A DNA stretch of 58,829 nucleotides, the filler included, from Diploschistes diacapsis (lineage: Eukaryota), in NCBI GenBank assembly GCA_023645945.1. It is 4 parts of 4 records of this genome, joined end to end, with 100 filler letters (N's around TTAATTAATTAA, not from the genome) between each part and the next. Parts side by side here need not be neighbours in the genome. Positions count along the whole stretch, not along the records: positions 32,026 to 40,907 come from JALAIB010001103.1; positions 41,008 to 49,880 come from JALAIB010001104.1; 2 more parts are not named here. One strand, written 5' to 3'. The notes under the pieces were generated by a model. That model was not told where the DNA came from. It ran no database searches and saw only the letters and a program-made list of their open reading frames with translations. Numbering within the stretch: position 1 is the first letter of the stretch; each line of letters begins with the position of its first letter. Positions 34,332 to 45,172 of this stretch are shown here, piece after piece. The translations under genes were made by a program, and so were the position numbers.

Positions 34332-36888
34332 ATGGCTTTGGATAGTGAGAAGCCAGATTTGGTCACTGGAAACCAAGTTAACTACGCGCAAAATTTAGAA
34401 AATCTCCTTTCTACAATTCAAAATCATATTCAGAGATTCCGGCAAGCCAATAAGAACACCAACAGCCGTAATTCCAAGATCTTGAATGACATCGAAGATA
34501 TCCTAGTCACTGCATCAACACAGACTTCGTTTTCCTCACTGCCAATCGATGATGCGAACGGAACGCAGACCACAATCCCAATTGTCGCAGGTTTTAACGA
34601 TCCATGTTCCGCTGAATCTAACGAAATCCAAAAAAAGCGTACTGGAACACAAACACGTGACATTAGATCCGAGGAGCATATCGACGAATTTCAAGTTACC
34701 AAAGGCCACAGAAATAACATGCAGTCAACCCTTGAGCATACAACAGAAGCTTTGGCGGCCGAAGGTTCAGCGCGTGCTGCGGAACAAATGCCTTATGATG
34801 TGGATGATGGCATTATTCGCTTTCGCCCAAATCAGGATCAATGGTTAGATTTTGATGATGTTCTTCGAAGGATAAAATCCTTCGGAACAGCGCAAAACGG
34901 CGTGTGCAAAATCGCCATTTCCGGGGTCAGCACGATTCAGGAAACAGAAGACTCGTTACCAAATTATTTTGCATACAAAACACAGACCCGCAAAAATGGA
35001 ACGGTCGCTTTAGACTTAATATCAAGCAGCATCACTTCTTCCTTGCTTCTTACAGGAGGAATTCCGGACTTGACGGCGCGGGAGGCAGTTAACATGTTCG
35101 AAGGGCGAGCCAAGTCAAGATTAGGGTTACGAAACGCCCGATATTGTATTGATATCAGGGCAAGGACCAAGTCAGAGCGGAGATCACTTGGATTACCTAA
35201 GTCCCCAATATGGCCGGAAACAAGCTCAGCCAGACCCAGACACGTGTTCCAGGTCTTCACTACCCATACGCCTACAGAGCCTATAAATCTTTTGACGCGG
35301 CATTTAGAATCCATCAAGAAGATTGTGGGACGTATTCTGTCAACTGTCTGTACCGAGACTCTAAAATATGGATCGTTATCCCTCCTTCCGCAGCCGGCCT
35401 CCTGGAACAAAAGTTTCGCGAGACTTCTACCAATGCTAGATTGAACGATTGCGCGCAGTTCATCCGTGAATACGCATCTTATCTACCATTGGAAGTCTTG
35501 GATCGCTGGAAAATATCTTACCATATTGTGCAGCAAAATGCCGGGGAAGCGATACTCACCTTTCCACGAGCGTATCATCAAGGATTCAGCATCGGAGACA
35601 CGTTGGCAGAAGCAGTGAATTATGCCGACAATGATTGGGATCCAGCCGTGTACGCATACTGCAGTCCTCAAATTTGCCCTCCCGGTTTCATAAGCGAAGA
35701 GCTGATGCGCATACGGGACGCTGATCGGGACCAGTATTCGGCTGACGAGGGAGTGAGCGATCGAGAAGCTTCAAGCACCGAAATAGCTCATGATAAATCT
35801 GGATCGGTGAAGCCACGAAACAAGACGCATAGCTCAAGAAGTGCGAAACGTAAGGATACCAAGGATGTGTCTACCTCATGCAAAAAAAAGTAGCGTTGGT
35901 CTCAAAAAGGACGATTTGGCTACTGACGTCTCGGAAAAAGTCCATCAAACGGAAACCTTGCAGGTATTGGACGAGGTCACTTCAAGGCCCACCATTCTTG
36001 TAGTTACCATCATTGGAAGGCTTGCGACTTTACAAGCAGAGGACGATACTGCATATGACGATACAAGAATTTCTACACTTGTGCGGCTGTTTTACGCTAT
36101 TGCCAGTCCCGACGCTATTTATCAATTTCGTGATGCTTTTTGTGCATTTCGCCAAGGTAGATTTCAGATAGCCGAAGCAAAAGACGATATCCTTAGAACC
36201 ATCAGGGCATTGGATCGCCTGGAAGTAAATAATCATATCATCTCGACTATGAGACGTCTTTATCTCGTCTCACTGTCGGCAAAACGCCTCGAGCTACAGA
36301 AGTCTCTTCTCGATTGGCCCAATGCTCAGGTAGTGCTGGAAACTGACAATATAGGATTTGGACGCAAGGATTCACTCGTTTTGGATCACATTATGGCCGA
36401 AGCTTACCCACAGCTGAAACGTACCCGTACTTGCCAGACCCAAGGCAAGGATGAATATGGGAAAAAGCGAAGGACACTCAGCAACAGGCTTCTAAACGGG
36501 CAAAAATGGTCGAGATTATCGGAAGCGTTTGCGCCAGGAATTCTCGCAATGATTCCGACACAGTGCGAGTATAATGTATCGAGCAGAGAGTAAGCTGTGT
36601 GCTCCACTTTTGTGTAATATCAGACTAATTGGATCGAGTTTTGAGGAGCTACCTATGGATGCTATTGACGTTCTTATTACCATACTGAAAGGTTACCGGG
36701 GTGATTTTCTTCGAGCAGTCAGTACTTCTTCCTCAGTTTTCGTGTCCAATTCGTTGCGGGAGACTTCTTTCGAGAGATTCTGTTTCGAAAAGACCGACGC
36801 GGGTCTAACACCAATGGTAAAGTATGATTCGTCAGAATTGCTCGATCTTTGCAAGATAGATGACGGCTCGCCTACTTCCCTCATTTAA
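34332..36888 (+). pseudogene. JmjC-domain (Fe/2OG oxygenase, KDM4/Rph1-like) protein with a long unknown C-terminal region; two frameshifts
   Basis: FRIHQED...SVNCL...KIWIVIPP...QNAGEAILTFPRAYHQGF...AEAVNYA. Frames shift near 35215 and in the A-run near 35885. Intron ~36590-36638. Confidence 0.75.
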
Positions 36889-37798
36889 TAGTCAGATAGA
36901 TCATATTCCAAATGATGGGATCGCCAACCACTGTTAAACGTACGCAGAATAAAGCTTCGAGCACGCTGTCAGGCCTAAGGACGTTCAGATATTTCTTATA
37001 TAATACACATCGGGCAGAGTACATCTATGTATGTTAATTTGGTCTGGACGTTGTTACAAGCTTCATTTTGTTGCTATGATTTATTTAGTGTTATTATGAC
37101 CCTCTTCATCTTCCATTCATTGATGTCGCTAGCCTTGATACTCTTAGAGCCTTGAACAAATCAATGCTAAGGCAAAATTTGTCCCATATTATAGAAGGCC
37201 TGAAAGCTTTGCTATCTCTTTGTATGATTCCCGAATAGTTGAAGCAGAGTCAGATCATCCATCGTGGCATCACCCACGCATATGACCGCAGAGGCATGAG
37301 CTTGGGCTTCTAAACTTGAAGGTTCTTTAAGAGGGGTTAGATTTTCCGACCGGGACCCGTCCTGATCCCGGACCTGTACCGATTCCCAGCAGGAAGTCCC
37401 GTACTATGAGCACCTATACACGGAAGCGCAATGCCTTGATCGCAAACCCTAAGGCTGTTTCTACAAGTTTACCAGAACAACGCTGGCACAAGCATGATCT
37501 GCGGGTAGGGACTCATTTTCCAAGCGGAGGCGCTGTATACGCAAGGCTCGACTATAGCCGTCTAAGTTTTAGTAGCAAGTCTGAAGGAAGACAATGATAA
37601 AATATCTAGTTTAATAACGTTAATCTTTGCAGGTTTTCTAGTACAATATAAAGATGATACTATGGAGAAAGTTTTATTAGCTATGATTATAGATTAAATA
37701 AAATTATTAAAAGGCAGGTTTCTTTAAATGTTTTTTACTTTATGTTTTACCATCTTCTAGAAATTATCATTGCTTCTATGCACAATTTAAAAAAACTC

Positions 37799-39472
37799 CT
37801 ATTTAAAACTTAATTTCTTTTGGAACCAACTGGGCTGTCCTTCATGGTCCCACTGCCAGAATAGTCCAATGACTTCGCCAGAGTCATCTCGCTTAAATTC
37901 AAGCAGGGCGAGTTTGTGGTTATTCCACTCAAACATTGATTTCATGAGCCACTCGTCTCGAGTGGTAGGGAAAAAGCTGTATGTGTCTTCCTTATAATAT
38001 TGTAGTAACAAAGCGGAATTTTTGTTCCCATTGAACTTCACAGAGAGCTTATCCTCACTTTGCATAATGGAAAGACAGGTTGTGTGCCCTCCAAAGTCTC
38101 CAGTGTACTGTTCTCGAGGACCTTCAGGAGCTTCAATATCTCGATCTCTCTCCCACTCTGACAAGAGTGAACCCATAAACTGTCGCTTCCGGAGATCTAC
38201 TTCTCGACGGGCTAATGCTAGGATGTCGACTTCGGGTCCTAGACCAAAGAGAGCTTGTGTGATGATCTGTGCTGCAAATTCTGCCGCATCAGCATCCTGT
38301 AGGCCATTCGCAAATGTAATGATGGCGCTTTGAGTTTCTGGAAAAGTGTAGAGGGCGGAGGTAGAACCACAGAACACTCCATTGTGCGCGACAAGCAATC
38401 TCTTGGGTGATTCTATACCCATGACATGACTGTGGTCCCTAGCCGATTCTTCCCTAGTCATATCATTATAAGATAAGAATCCAATCATCGAACTTGGAAT
38501 AGTTGTTCTGTACCACCCCATGCAATAGGCGGTCGAGTCCAGCAAGGCACTATTATCCGAGGCCGGTCTTGTCCATCGCCCTTTTCGGGTCTGATAAACG
38601 TTTTGAAGGACTGCAGAGTCGCCATCAGTACCACCAGTAAGACCCTTATCCTGAAGTTCGCTCTGTTCTTTTTTCAGGATACTCGACGCCCATAAGAGCA
38701 TGTCCCTGACGCAACTCCGCATCCCCAAGGCAGCATTCGCTGGGGTGTGATTCTGAGAGATCCAATTATCTGATCCCAAGCGATGGAAGGTTCCGTCATC
38801 TAACCTAGCATATGGGTACGCGACATTAGTATCGTCGGTTAGAGATTCACTATGGATGCTTGTACGATCAAGGCCCAATGGTTTCAAAATTCGATTCTGG
38901 ATGAGGTCCATGTAGCATTGTTGATAAGCCTGTTGAAGAGCAATTGCGACCAAGCCGTAGGCCCAATTATTGTAGAGCCACCAGCGGTTATACCGACTGC
39001 CACTCTCATCGCATGCCGGGCAAGTATTCATTAGTTGTATGAAGTCCCGCTCGGAATGAATAAGAGTCCCTCGAGGGCCTAGTATCAAGAGTTGCGGAGA
39101 GCTGAGACCGCTGGAGTGTCGCAGAAAATCGATAAGGTTCGCCTTGCCAATATCGGGATCTAAAGGCTTGAATTCTGGAATATACTGGGATAATGGGGCT
39201 TTCCAGTTCATTTTCCCTTCACTGACCGCCACCCCAACCGCAGCTGCCACGAAGCCTTTAGAGAGAGAGCTCAGCAGATATACAGTGTTGGAATCCGCTG
39301 GCAAGTTTTCTTCCACATTCCGAAGGCCAAAGCTTTCCGTTTTTATAACTTTCCCTTGATGAAGTATCCCTATAGATATCGAAGGAACTCCACAAATATC
39401 ACGTAGCTCGGAAACTCGTGTCATTGCGGCTTGTATTCTGGTTTCGGTAGAATAATTGATGGGACTCTTCAT
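37799..39472 (-). CDS. Beta-lactamase/AmpC-like serine hydrolase with C-terminal DUF3471-like domain
   Basis: Intact 557-aa ORF with SLSK (SxxK), YNN (YxN), HNG and ILKPLGL motifs. Confidence 0.88.
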   Translation of the reverse strand: MKSPINYSTETRIQAAMTRVSELRDICGVPSISIGILHQGKVIKTESFGLRNVEENLPADSNTVYLLSSLSKGFVAAAVGVAVSEGKMNWKAPLSQYIPEFKPLDPDIGKANLIDFLRHSSGLSSPQLLILGPRGTLIHSERDFIQLMNTCPACDESGSRYNRWWLYNNWAYGLVAIALQQAYQQCYMDLIQNRILKPLGLDRTSIHSESLTDDTNVAYPYARLDDGTFHRLGSDNWISQNHTPANAALGMRSCVRDMLLWASSILKKEQSELQDKGLTGGTDGDSAVLQNVYQTRKGRWTRPASDNSALLDSTAYCMGWYRTTIPSSMIGFLSYNDMTREESARDHSHVMGIESPKRLLVAHNGVFCGSTSALYTFPETQSAIITFANGLQDADAAEFAAQIITQALFGLGPEVDILALARREVDLRKRQFMGSLLSEWERDRDIEAPEGPREQYTGDFGGHTTCLSIMQSEDKLSVKFNGNKNSALLLQYYKEDTYSFFPTTRDEWLMKSMFEWNNHKLALLEFKRDDSGEVIGLFWQWDHEGQPSWFQKKLSFK

Positions 39473-39659
39473 GATTATTTAGAATATGGGATACTATGGT
39501 CTTTGGGGAAAAAAATATTAAGATCAACTATTCTCATTTCGCAGTTCCCTGGAGTATGGTGTTGAGCAGTGCTTCGGCGCTATAATAGGCCCGAAAGAGC
39601 ATCTATCATCTGGCTGCTCTCCGGTCACTGGATGGTATCAGAATAGATGACATTGATGC

Positions 39660-39929
39660 TTGACGTTGCTGGCAGGCAGTTGATTGGCGAGAAAGATAAG
39701 CCTTGTATTGCAGATTCGTGTTAATGCATGGCGTTGTAGGCAAAAGCAGCTTACAATTGGTGAGGAAGATAAGCCTTGCATCGCAAATTTGTGTTATGTA
39801 CGGCGTTGTAAGCAAAGCAGCCTACAATTGGTAAGGAAGATAAGCCTTGTATTGCAGATTCGTTAATGCGTCGTAAGTAAGGCAGCCTATAGATGGTAAG
39901 GAAGATAAGCCTTGTATTGCAGATTCGTG
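39660..39929. repeat. Minisatellite, ~4 imperfect copies of a 65-73-bp unit
   Basis: Core AAGATAAGCCTTGTATTGCAGATTCGT at 39693, 39766, 39837 and 39902, with homologous intervening sequence. Confidence 0.85.
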
Positions 39930-40083
39930 CTGAGATATAGTGTTACTATCAAGCAGGATGACTATATACTAAGGACTTGGACCCGACATAGTCTCTCTTG
40001 TTCTAAGAATTATCAAGGTCCGACTTGAAACAGCTCTTGAGTCATTTTTATTACCACACTACCATTTACTCTACTTTACTAAG

Positions 40084-40230
40084 ATGCCTCAGGATGGCGG
40101 AAACTCGAATAGCCCAGTCAGCAAAGGACCTAAGGGTGGCGGAAACACGACTGGCCCAGTCACCCAAGGAGGATCCAGCGGTCCTACAGGCGCTGGCGGT
40201 CAGAGTGGAGGAGGCGCTGCCATCGAATAA
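40084..40230 (+). CDS. Candidate 48-aa Gly/Ser/Pro-rich microprotein
   Basis: MPQDGGNSNSPVSKGPKGGGNTTGPVTQGGSSGPTGAGGQSGGGAAIE*, with a CT/A-rich leader, A at -3, and an internal repeat. Confidence 0.35.
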   Translation: MPQDGGNSNSPVSKGPKGGGNTTGPVTQGGSSGPTGAGGQSGGGAAIE

Positions 40231-40331
40231 AGCTGAGTCTTTAGTTCTATTGTAAGTCAATCGTCTTCCTTAGCCTCACAATCTAATAGTTACATCGAAG
40301 GTTATTGGACTGAGGCTGCATCGTGAGGACT

Positions 40332-40426
40332 TGTTTTACTGGGATCCTACAAATCACCGTCACTACCGCTAGCTACCCTGTTTTACTGCGATTCTACAAA
40401 TCACCGTCACCATCGCTAGCTACCCT
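40332..40426. repeat. Tandem duplication of a 47-bp unit
   Basis: TGTTTTACTG(G/C)GAT(C/T)CTACAAATCACCGTCAC...GCTAGCTACCC occurs twice. Confidence 0.85.
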
Positions 40427-40749
40427 CAGGCGTCTAACCATCCAGCCGCGGTCTTGGGCTGGGGTATTATGAGGCAGATGACAAGCGCATTCATTCTGAA
40501 TAATCGACTTATACTTTGAATCTCAATTACATTACCTCGTGTTCTTGCCATTCTGCACGTGTGAACCTATGAGCTGATGTTTGTGATTCGATTGCATAGT
40601 GTTTAAATTGTCTAGCTACAGATTTATAAATAAAAAGTATTCTGGCAAGTCTTTTCGGACTTAGGGCTTAATTTCGTAATGAAACCACATCCTCCCTTAT
40701 TAGAATATAAGCGACTCGCTTATTAGCTGCTTTTTATACTCATAAAACA

Positions 40750-40907
40750 TGTTACGATCCAAGTGACTAGGTGATAGTCCACTTAGCACTTCACAGCTGA
40801 TCGGGCCTAACCCAACCATTCCTTATATATAATCCAATTATGGTGACGCTGGTCATATAATAAATAAAAAGCCTTAAAAGCAATTCTACCCTCTATAAAT
40901 AAAACGG
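40750..40907 (+). mobile_element. Start of an LTR at the contig end
   Basis: Begins TGTTACGATCCAAGT, the same terminus as the element at 1-226. AT-rich. Confidence 0.45.
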
Positions 40908-41007
40908 NNNNNNNNNNNNNNNNNNNNNNNNNNNNNNNNNNNNNNNNNNNNTTAATTAATTAANNNNNNNNNNNNNNNNNNNNNNNNNNNNNNNNNNNNN
41001 NNNNNNN
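40908..41007. other. Artificial contig linker
   Basis: N44-TTAATTAATTAA-N44. Confidence 0.97.
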
Positions 41008-42948
41008 CCCCCAACACCCCCAACAACCCCCAGGGACTACCGGAAAAAAGCGATGGAGCTCTGCTCTTTACGCGGAGGATGCACGCACGGCTAGAGCTCG
41101 AATTAGGACATCCGAAGTGTCCGAAAGCTGTGTTGTTGTACTATGGGAAGAAGACTGAAAGCCACGAAATACTACCTAATCAATTATGATTTGAAAGCCA
41201 TTTGGCAGCCTCCCAGTTGATGTTGCCACCTGGGTTAACATCCAACAGCCGGCAAGGGGGTGACCCTCCGCAGCAAGACCGCGCGCATGGAGCTACAACC
41301 CAACAGCATTATTAGCATCGACAGATGCGTTTTCTGCTTTGGGCGTGATATTGTCATGACACAAGATAAAAATAAGAGCCAGGCTTTCCAGCCACGGGAG
41401 CAGAAAGGGGTCTGCTTTCAACTGCAAAACTCGGAACAACTTGGTTCAGGCTGGGGGGGGGGAGGGGGAGCGAGGAAGGAGGAGAAGATTATTCAAGGCT
41501 GTATGATTCATCGCTTGCTTGTTTGCTGTGTCGTGTCGGGACACTTGCACCCCCTTTCGCCTCTTACTCTTACTCTCACTATTGCCTCCCTCTCTTCCCT
41601 TCCTCCCTACCTCCCTCCCTCCTTACGTACTCTGTCTGGCCTGTCTCGTTCTCACTTCCTCTCGCGTTTCCCACGACGGCTCACGCTAACTTTTCTCCAA
41701 ACCTAAACCCCAACCCCAACCCCAGCCGGCCAGCCAGCCAGCTTCCTACCTTCCTACCTTCCTACTTATCTACCCACCTAGTCCCAAAGGAAGCAATTTA
41801 GCCCACCACCCTGACTACTTCACCTACTGCTCATTAATACTCATCCCAACCCGACTGCTTTCCACCTTCGACTCTACAGCCACCAGGATGAATTACTTGA
41901 AAAGTCCAAGATTGAGAGCTTGCATACACCTATGATTCATACTCTCTCTCTCTCTCTGCCTCCTTATTTATTTAAATTTTATTATTTATTTTGAAACGTT
42001 TCAATAAGAATTTTGGTCGTCACAGGGTCTTCTATCCTCTGTACCAGGAACTCCCTCTGGTCTGTTTGCCTCCCGCAATCATCATAGTAAGTAAGACAAA
42101 GCAACTTCGGGTTCAGGCCCCCTTCAGTGGACATGAAGACTCACACTGTGAATAGTCATTCTTTCTTAAAAAGGCTCCAGAGCTCTTTCAACTCAACTCC
42201 AATCCCTGACCACATTTCCCTGCTCCCTTTAATTGCCGTTTAAGGCCCGTCTCCTCGACTTGCTTGCATACTCGGTCGCATCTCCAACCGGCGGCTATTT
42301 TTTTCAGCCGACTCTCCACTCTTCAGCTTTTAGTTACGAGTTTATAAAGGTGCTCTAGCAACCCGGTCAGGTGTTTGAGTGCAGTAAAGAGATATCGCAG
42401 TCTTGGTTGTCCTGGGTGTTTGCGCAGCAACTCCGCTCACCTAGTCATCGCGTGGTATCGTTTTGCCACCGCAGTCACAATGCTACTTGCAAGCACAGCT
42501 CTCCTCGCAGTCTCCTATGGTTCAGACTCAGTCGTAATCGTCTCCAGTACTCAGGATAAGAAGCCCATCGCTGGTGCGCCTTACTGATACGCACCTCAAG
42601 CCTCGACGCCATCTCTCGACGGTTTCTCACGACTTGGTCTGTTCCCTTGGTGACTTCAGTGGATTAGGCATTTGCTGTCGCGTGGTTGAGCTTCGTTCAA
42701 GCACCAGTACGATAACGGCAATCGGTCCACATTCACTTTGCAATCAACATCAAACAACCCTTTTATTAAAGCACGTCCTCCATACCCACAGCATTCACCT
42801 CAAACCTTTTATATCAAATAACGTATCATACCTCGTCGTTGGCCTCTCGAAGTGACAACTCTTTTCTTGAGCTCAATTTCTCAAACATCGACCCACTATA
42901 TGCTCATGAGTTGAGACTGTCGTCGGTTGAAAAGGATCCTACGACAGG

Positions 42949-45172
42949 ATGAATCATTTAGATGATGATGATGCATCAAAGCAATCATCCATCCGCGAAA
43001 TAAGAAACTTCCCCTACACGCCCTCGGCTGCCTCTGCGGCATCTTCGTCTTCGCTATCTGTGTTCTCTGCGGACGGCAAGTCTTCCCAAAGCTCTGCTAC
43101 CTCCTCAGTCAGGAGTGGAAGTCCAGCATGGGACTCGGACAGCAACAATTACCAAGGCGCGCCAAGCGAAAACTCGACTCTCCACTCGAGCGACCACTAT
43201 TCTCAAGCTTTCCAAGCTGTTCGGATCCAGCAACAGCATGCTGTTCATGTTCAGCAGATCATTCCTTCCGAAGCTGCAGTGGCACCTGAATTACGGCTTA
43301 ACCCGCGGAGAACTCAGCCTTCGGCCCAGGCCGACAAATGCGAAGGCAAGACCATCATGCGAGCGCCGCCACCGCTAGTTAGACAATGCGATCGAAAGGA
43401 TAACTTCGTTGAAAGCCTCGTCGGTAAGCCAATATCACCTACCTCTCCCTGGGTCTCGAGTCTAACGTTTGCCTCCGTGCAAAGACACCACTACCCAAAT
43501 GATTGAGGTCATATGGCCCCTGTCCGTCATACCTTGCGATCGGGATACGGTGCTCGGAGGAAAGAACCTGATCGGTCTTCGGACCTTCATTCAGGAGGTA
43601 CTGAAACGCTCCAAGACGAGCTATTCTACACTGCAAGTCGCGTTGTATTACTTGGTTCTTGTTAAGCCTTGTATTCCAAAGGTTGACTTTACTAAAGCGC
43701 AGACCGAAGACTCGCATGCCACACGCGCGATGCAATGCGGACGTCGAATGTTCCTCGCAGCCCTCATCCTGGCTTCGAAGTACCTTCAAGACCGCAATTA
43801 CTCGGCGCGAGCGTGGAGCAAGATCTCCGGGTTGAAAGTGTCGGAGATTAATGCTAACGAGAGGGCGTTCGTGGCTGCCGTCAACTGGAAGCTTCACCTA
43901 CCCGAACAGCTCTTCCAGCGCTGGACCGACGTCGTCATCAAGTTCTCGCTGTCGCAGTCTTCGTCGCCTATGCGGTGTCATGATGCGTCGCCCAATAGCT
44001 GGAGGTCTGTCATTCCAAGGCTTACCCCCGAACTCGAGGATCCCGAGGTTGTGGAATTTCCCATGCCGAGCATGGCCGCTCCGGAAATCCCAAGGTGCCC
44101 CTTGTTTTCTGCCTCGCGTATGTGCCCACCACCCTCTATCAGGAAGGCAGAAGAGCCATTGCCGTGTGGAGAGTCGACACCGACCCCTACCACGGTCAAG
44201 CTGGAGGCTCTGGAGCCTACACCTCGCGCTAGCAGAGAAAATTTCCGTTTCCCGCCCATCTCACCGAAGATCACCCAGCTGCTGACTCCGGTCATGACTC
44301 CAAGGACCAACGGTTTCGTCACTCCTGCTGTGGGTGTTCGATCGTACTGTCGTGGCCAGTCGATGAGCGACGCGATGAAGCAAATCCAGAAATTTTCTCT
44401 CGAAAGATGCTCCATGGATACCTGGCCCTGGCCTCCTCCTCCTGCCGGCGAGGCATTTCCCAAGAGGCTTCCCATGCCAAGTCGGCGCCCATCCTATGCG
44501 CTGTCCTCAAGCTCGACCATCTCGTCGCCAGAGTCCCTGGTCTCGGACTACTCGTTCCAAAGCTCTTGCTCCTCGAGGACCTCCCGCTCTTCATCCGTCT
44601 GTTCTGTTACGTCATCCGCTGGAGCGCTACCACAGTCATCTCGTCTGGCTGTACAAGCGACTCGCAGATGCGCAACCATGGCTGCTGTCAGAGAGCCGAG
44701 CTCTTGCGGTCCTTCTACAGATCCAGCGTACTTTGCCGGTGCTGCAAGAGAGTCCTACTTGAGAGGTATGGAGAACCAAGATAGTTGCGAGACTGCTGCT
44801 GCTGCTCTAGTCTTGAGCGACCTGGCAAATGGCAAGCCTTGTTCGCAACGATCCTGCGGAACAACCCTTCAGCGCAAGCGCGAGCGACCCTGCTCCATTG
44901 TGGACAGCTCCTTCGACGCGGAGGTCCGATCACTCCTTCCAAACAGCCTCGAGGCCTGTAGAGTGGAAGATAACGACGGTGCAGTGAGCGAGGACGGTCG
45001 CGCGGCGACCTCCTTCCTGCTGCGCGAAGAAGGCCATGGTCTGCCCTTTGACAGGTTCTCGCCCAGTCATATTCGAAGTGCCTCCGGCAGTCGCGATGGC
45101 GTCAGAAAAAGGACATGCAGAGGGGAAGCCTGGTCCCAAGCAGAGGTGACGTTGTCGCCTTTCTGCGTTTAA
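42949..45172 (+). CDS. PCL5: Pho85-type cyclin, PCL5/Pas1-like; 1 intron (43424-43484)
   Basis: FVESLV|DTTTQMIEVIW, LRTFIQEVLKRSKTSYSTLQVALYYL and CGRRMFLAALILASKYLQDRNYSARAWSKISGL cyclin box, followed by a long Ser/Pro-rich tail. Confidence 0.85.

Noticed and set aside
39690..39929. CRISPR-like array (27-bp core every ~70 bp)
   Set aside because: The intervening sequences are homologous to each other, the context is eukaryotic, and there are no cas genes. It is a minisatellite.
1..40907. One giant element bounded by the two TGTTACGATCCAAGT termini
   Set aside because: The termini are on different contigs, point outward, diverge after 15 bp, and would enclose core genes.
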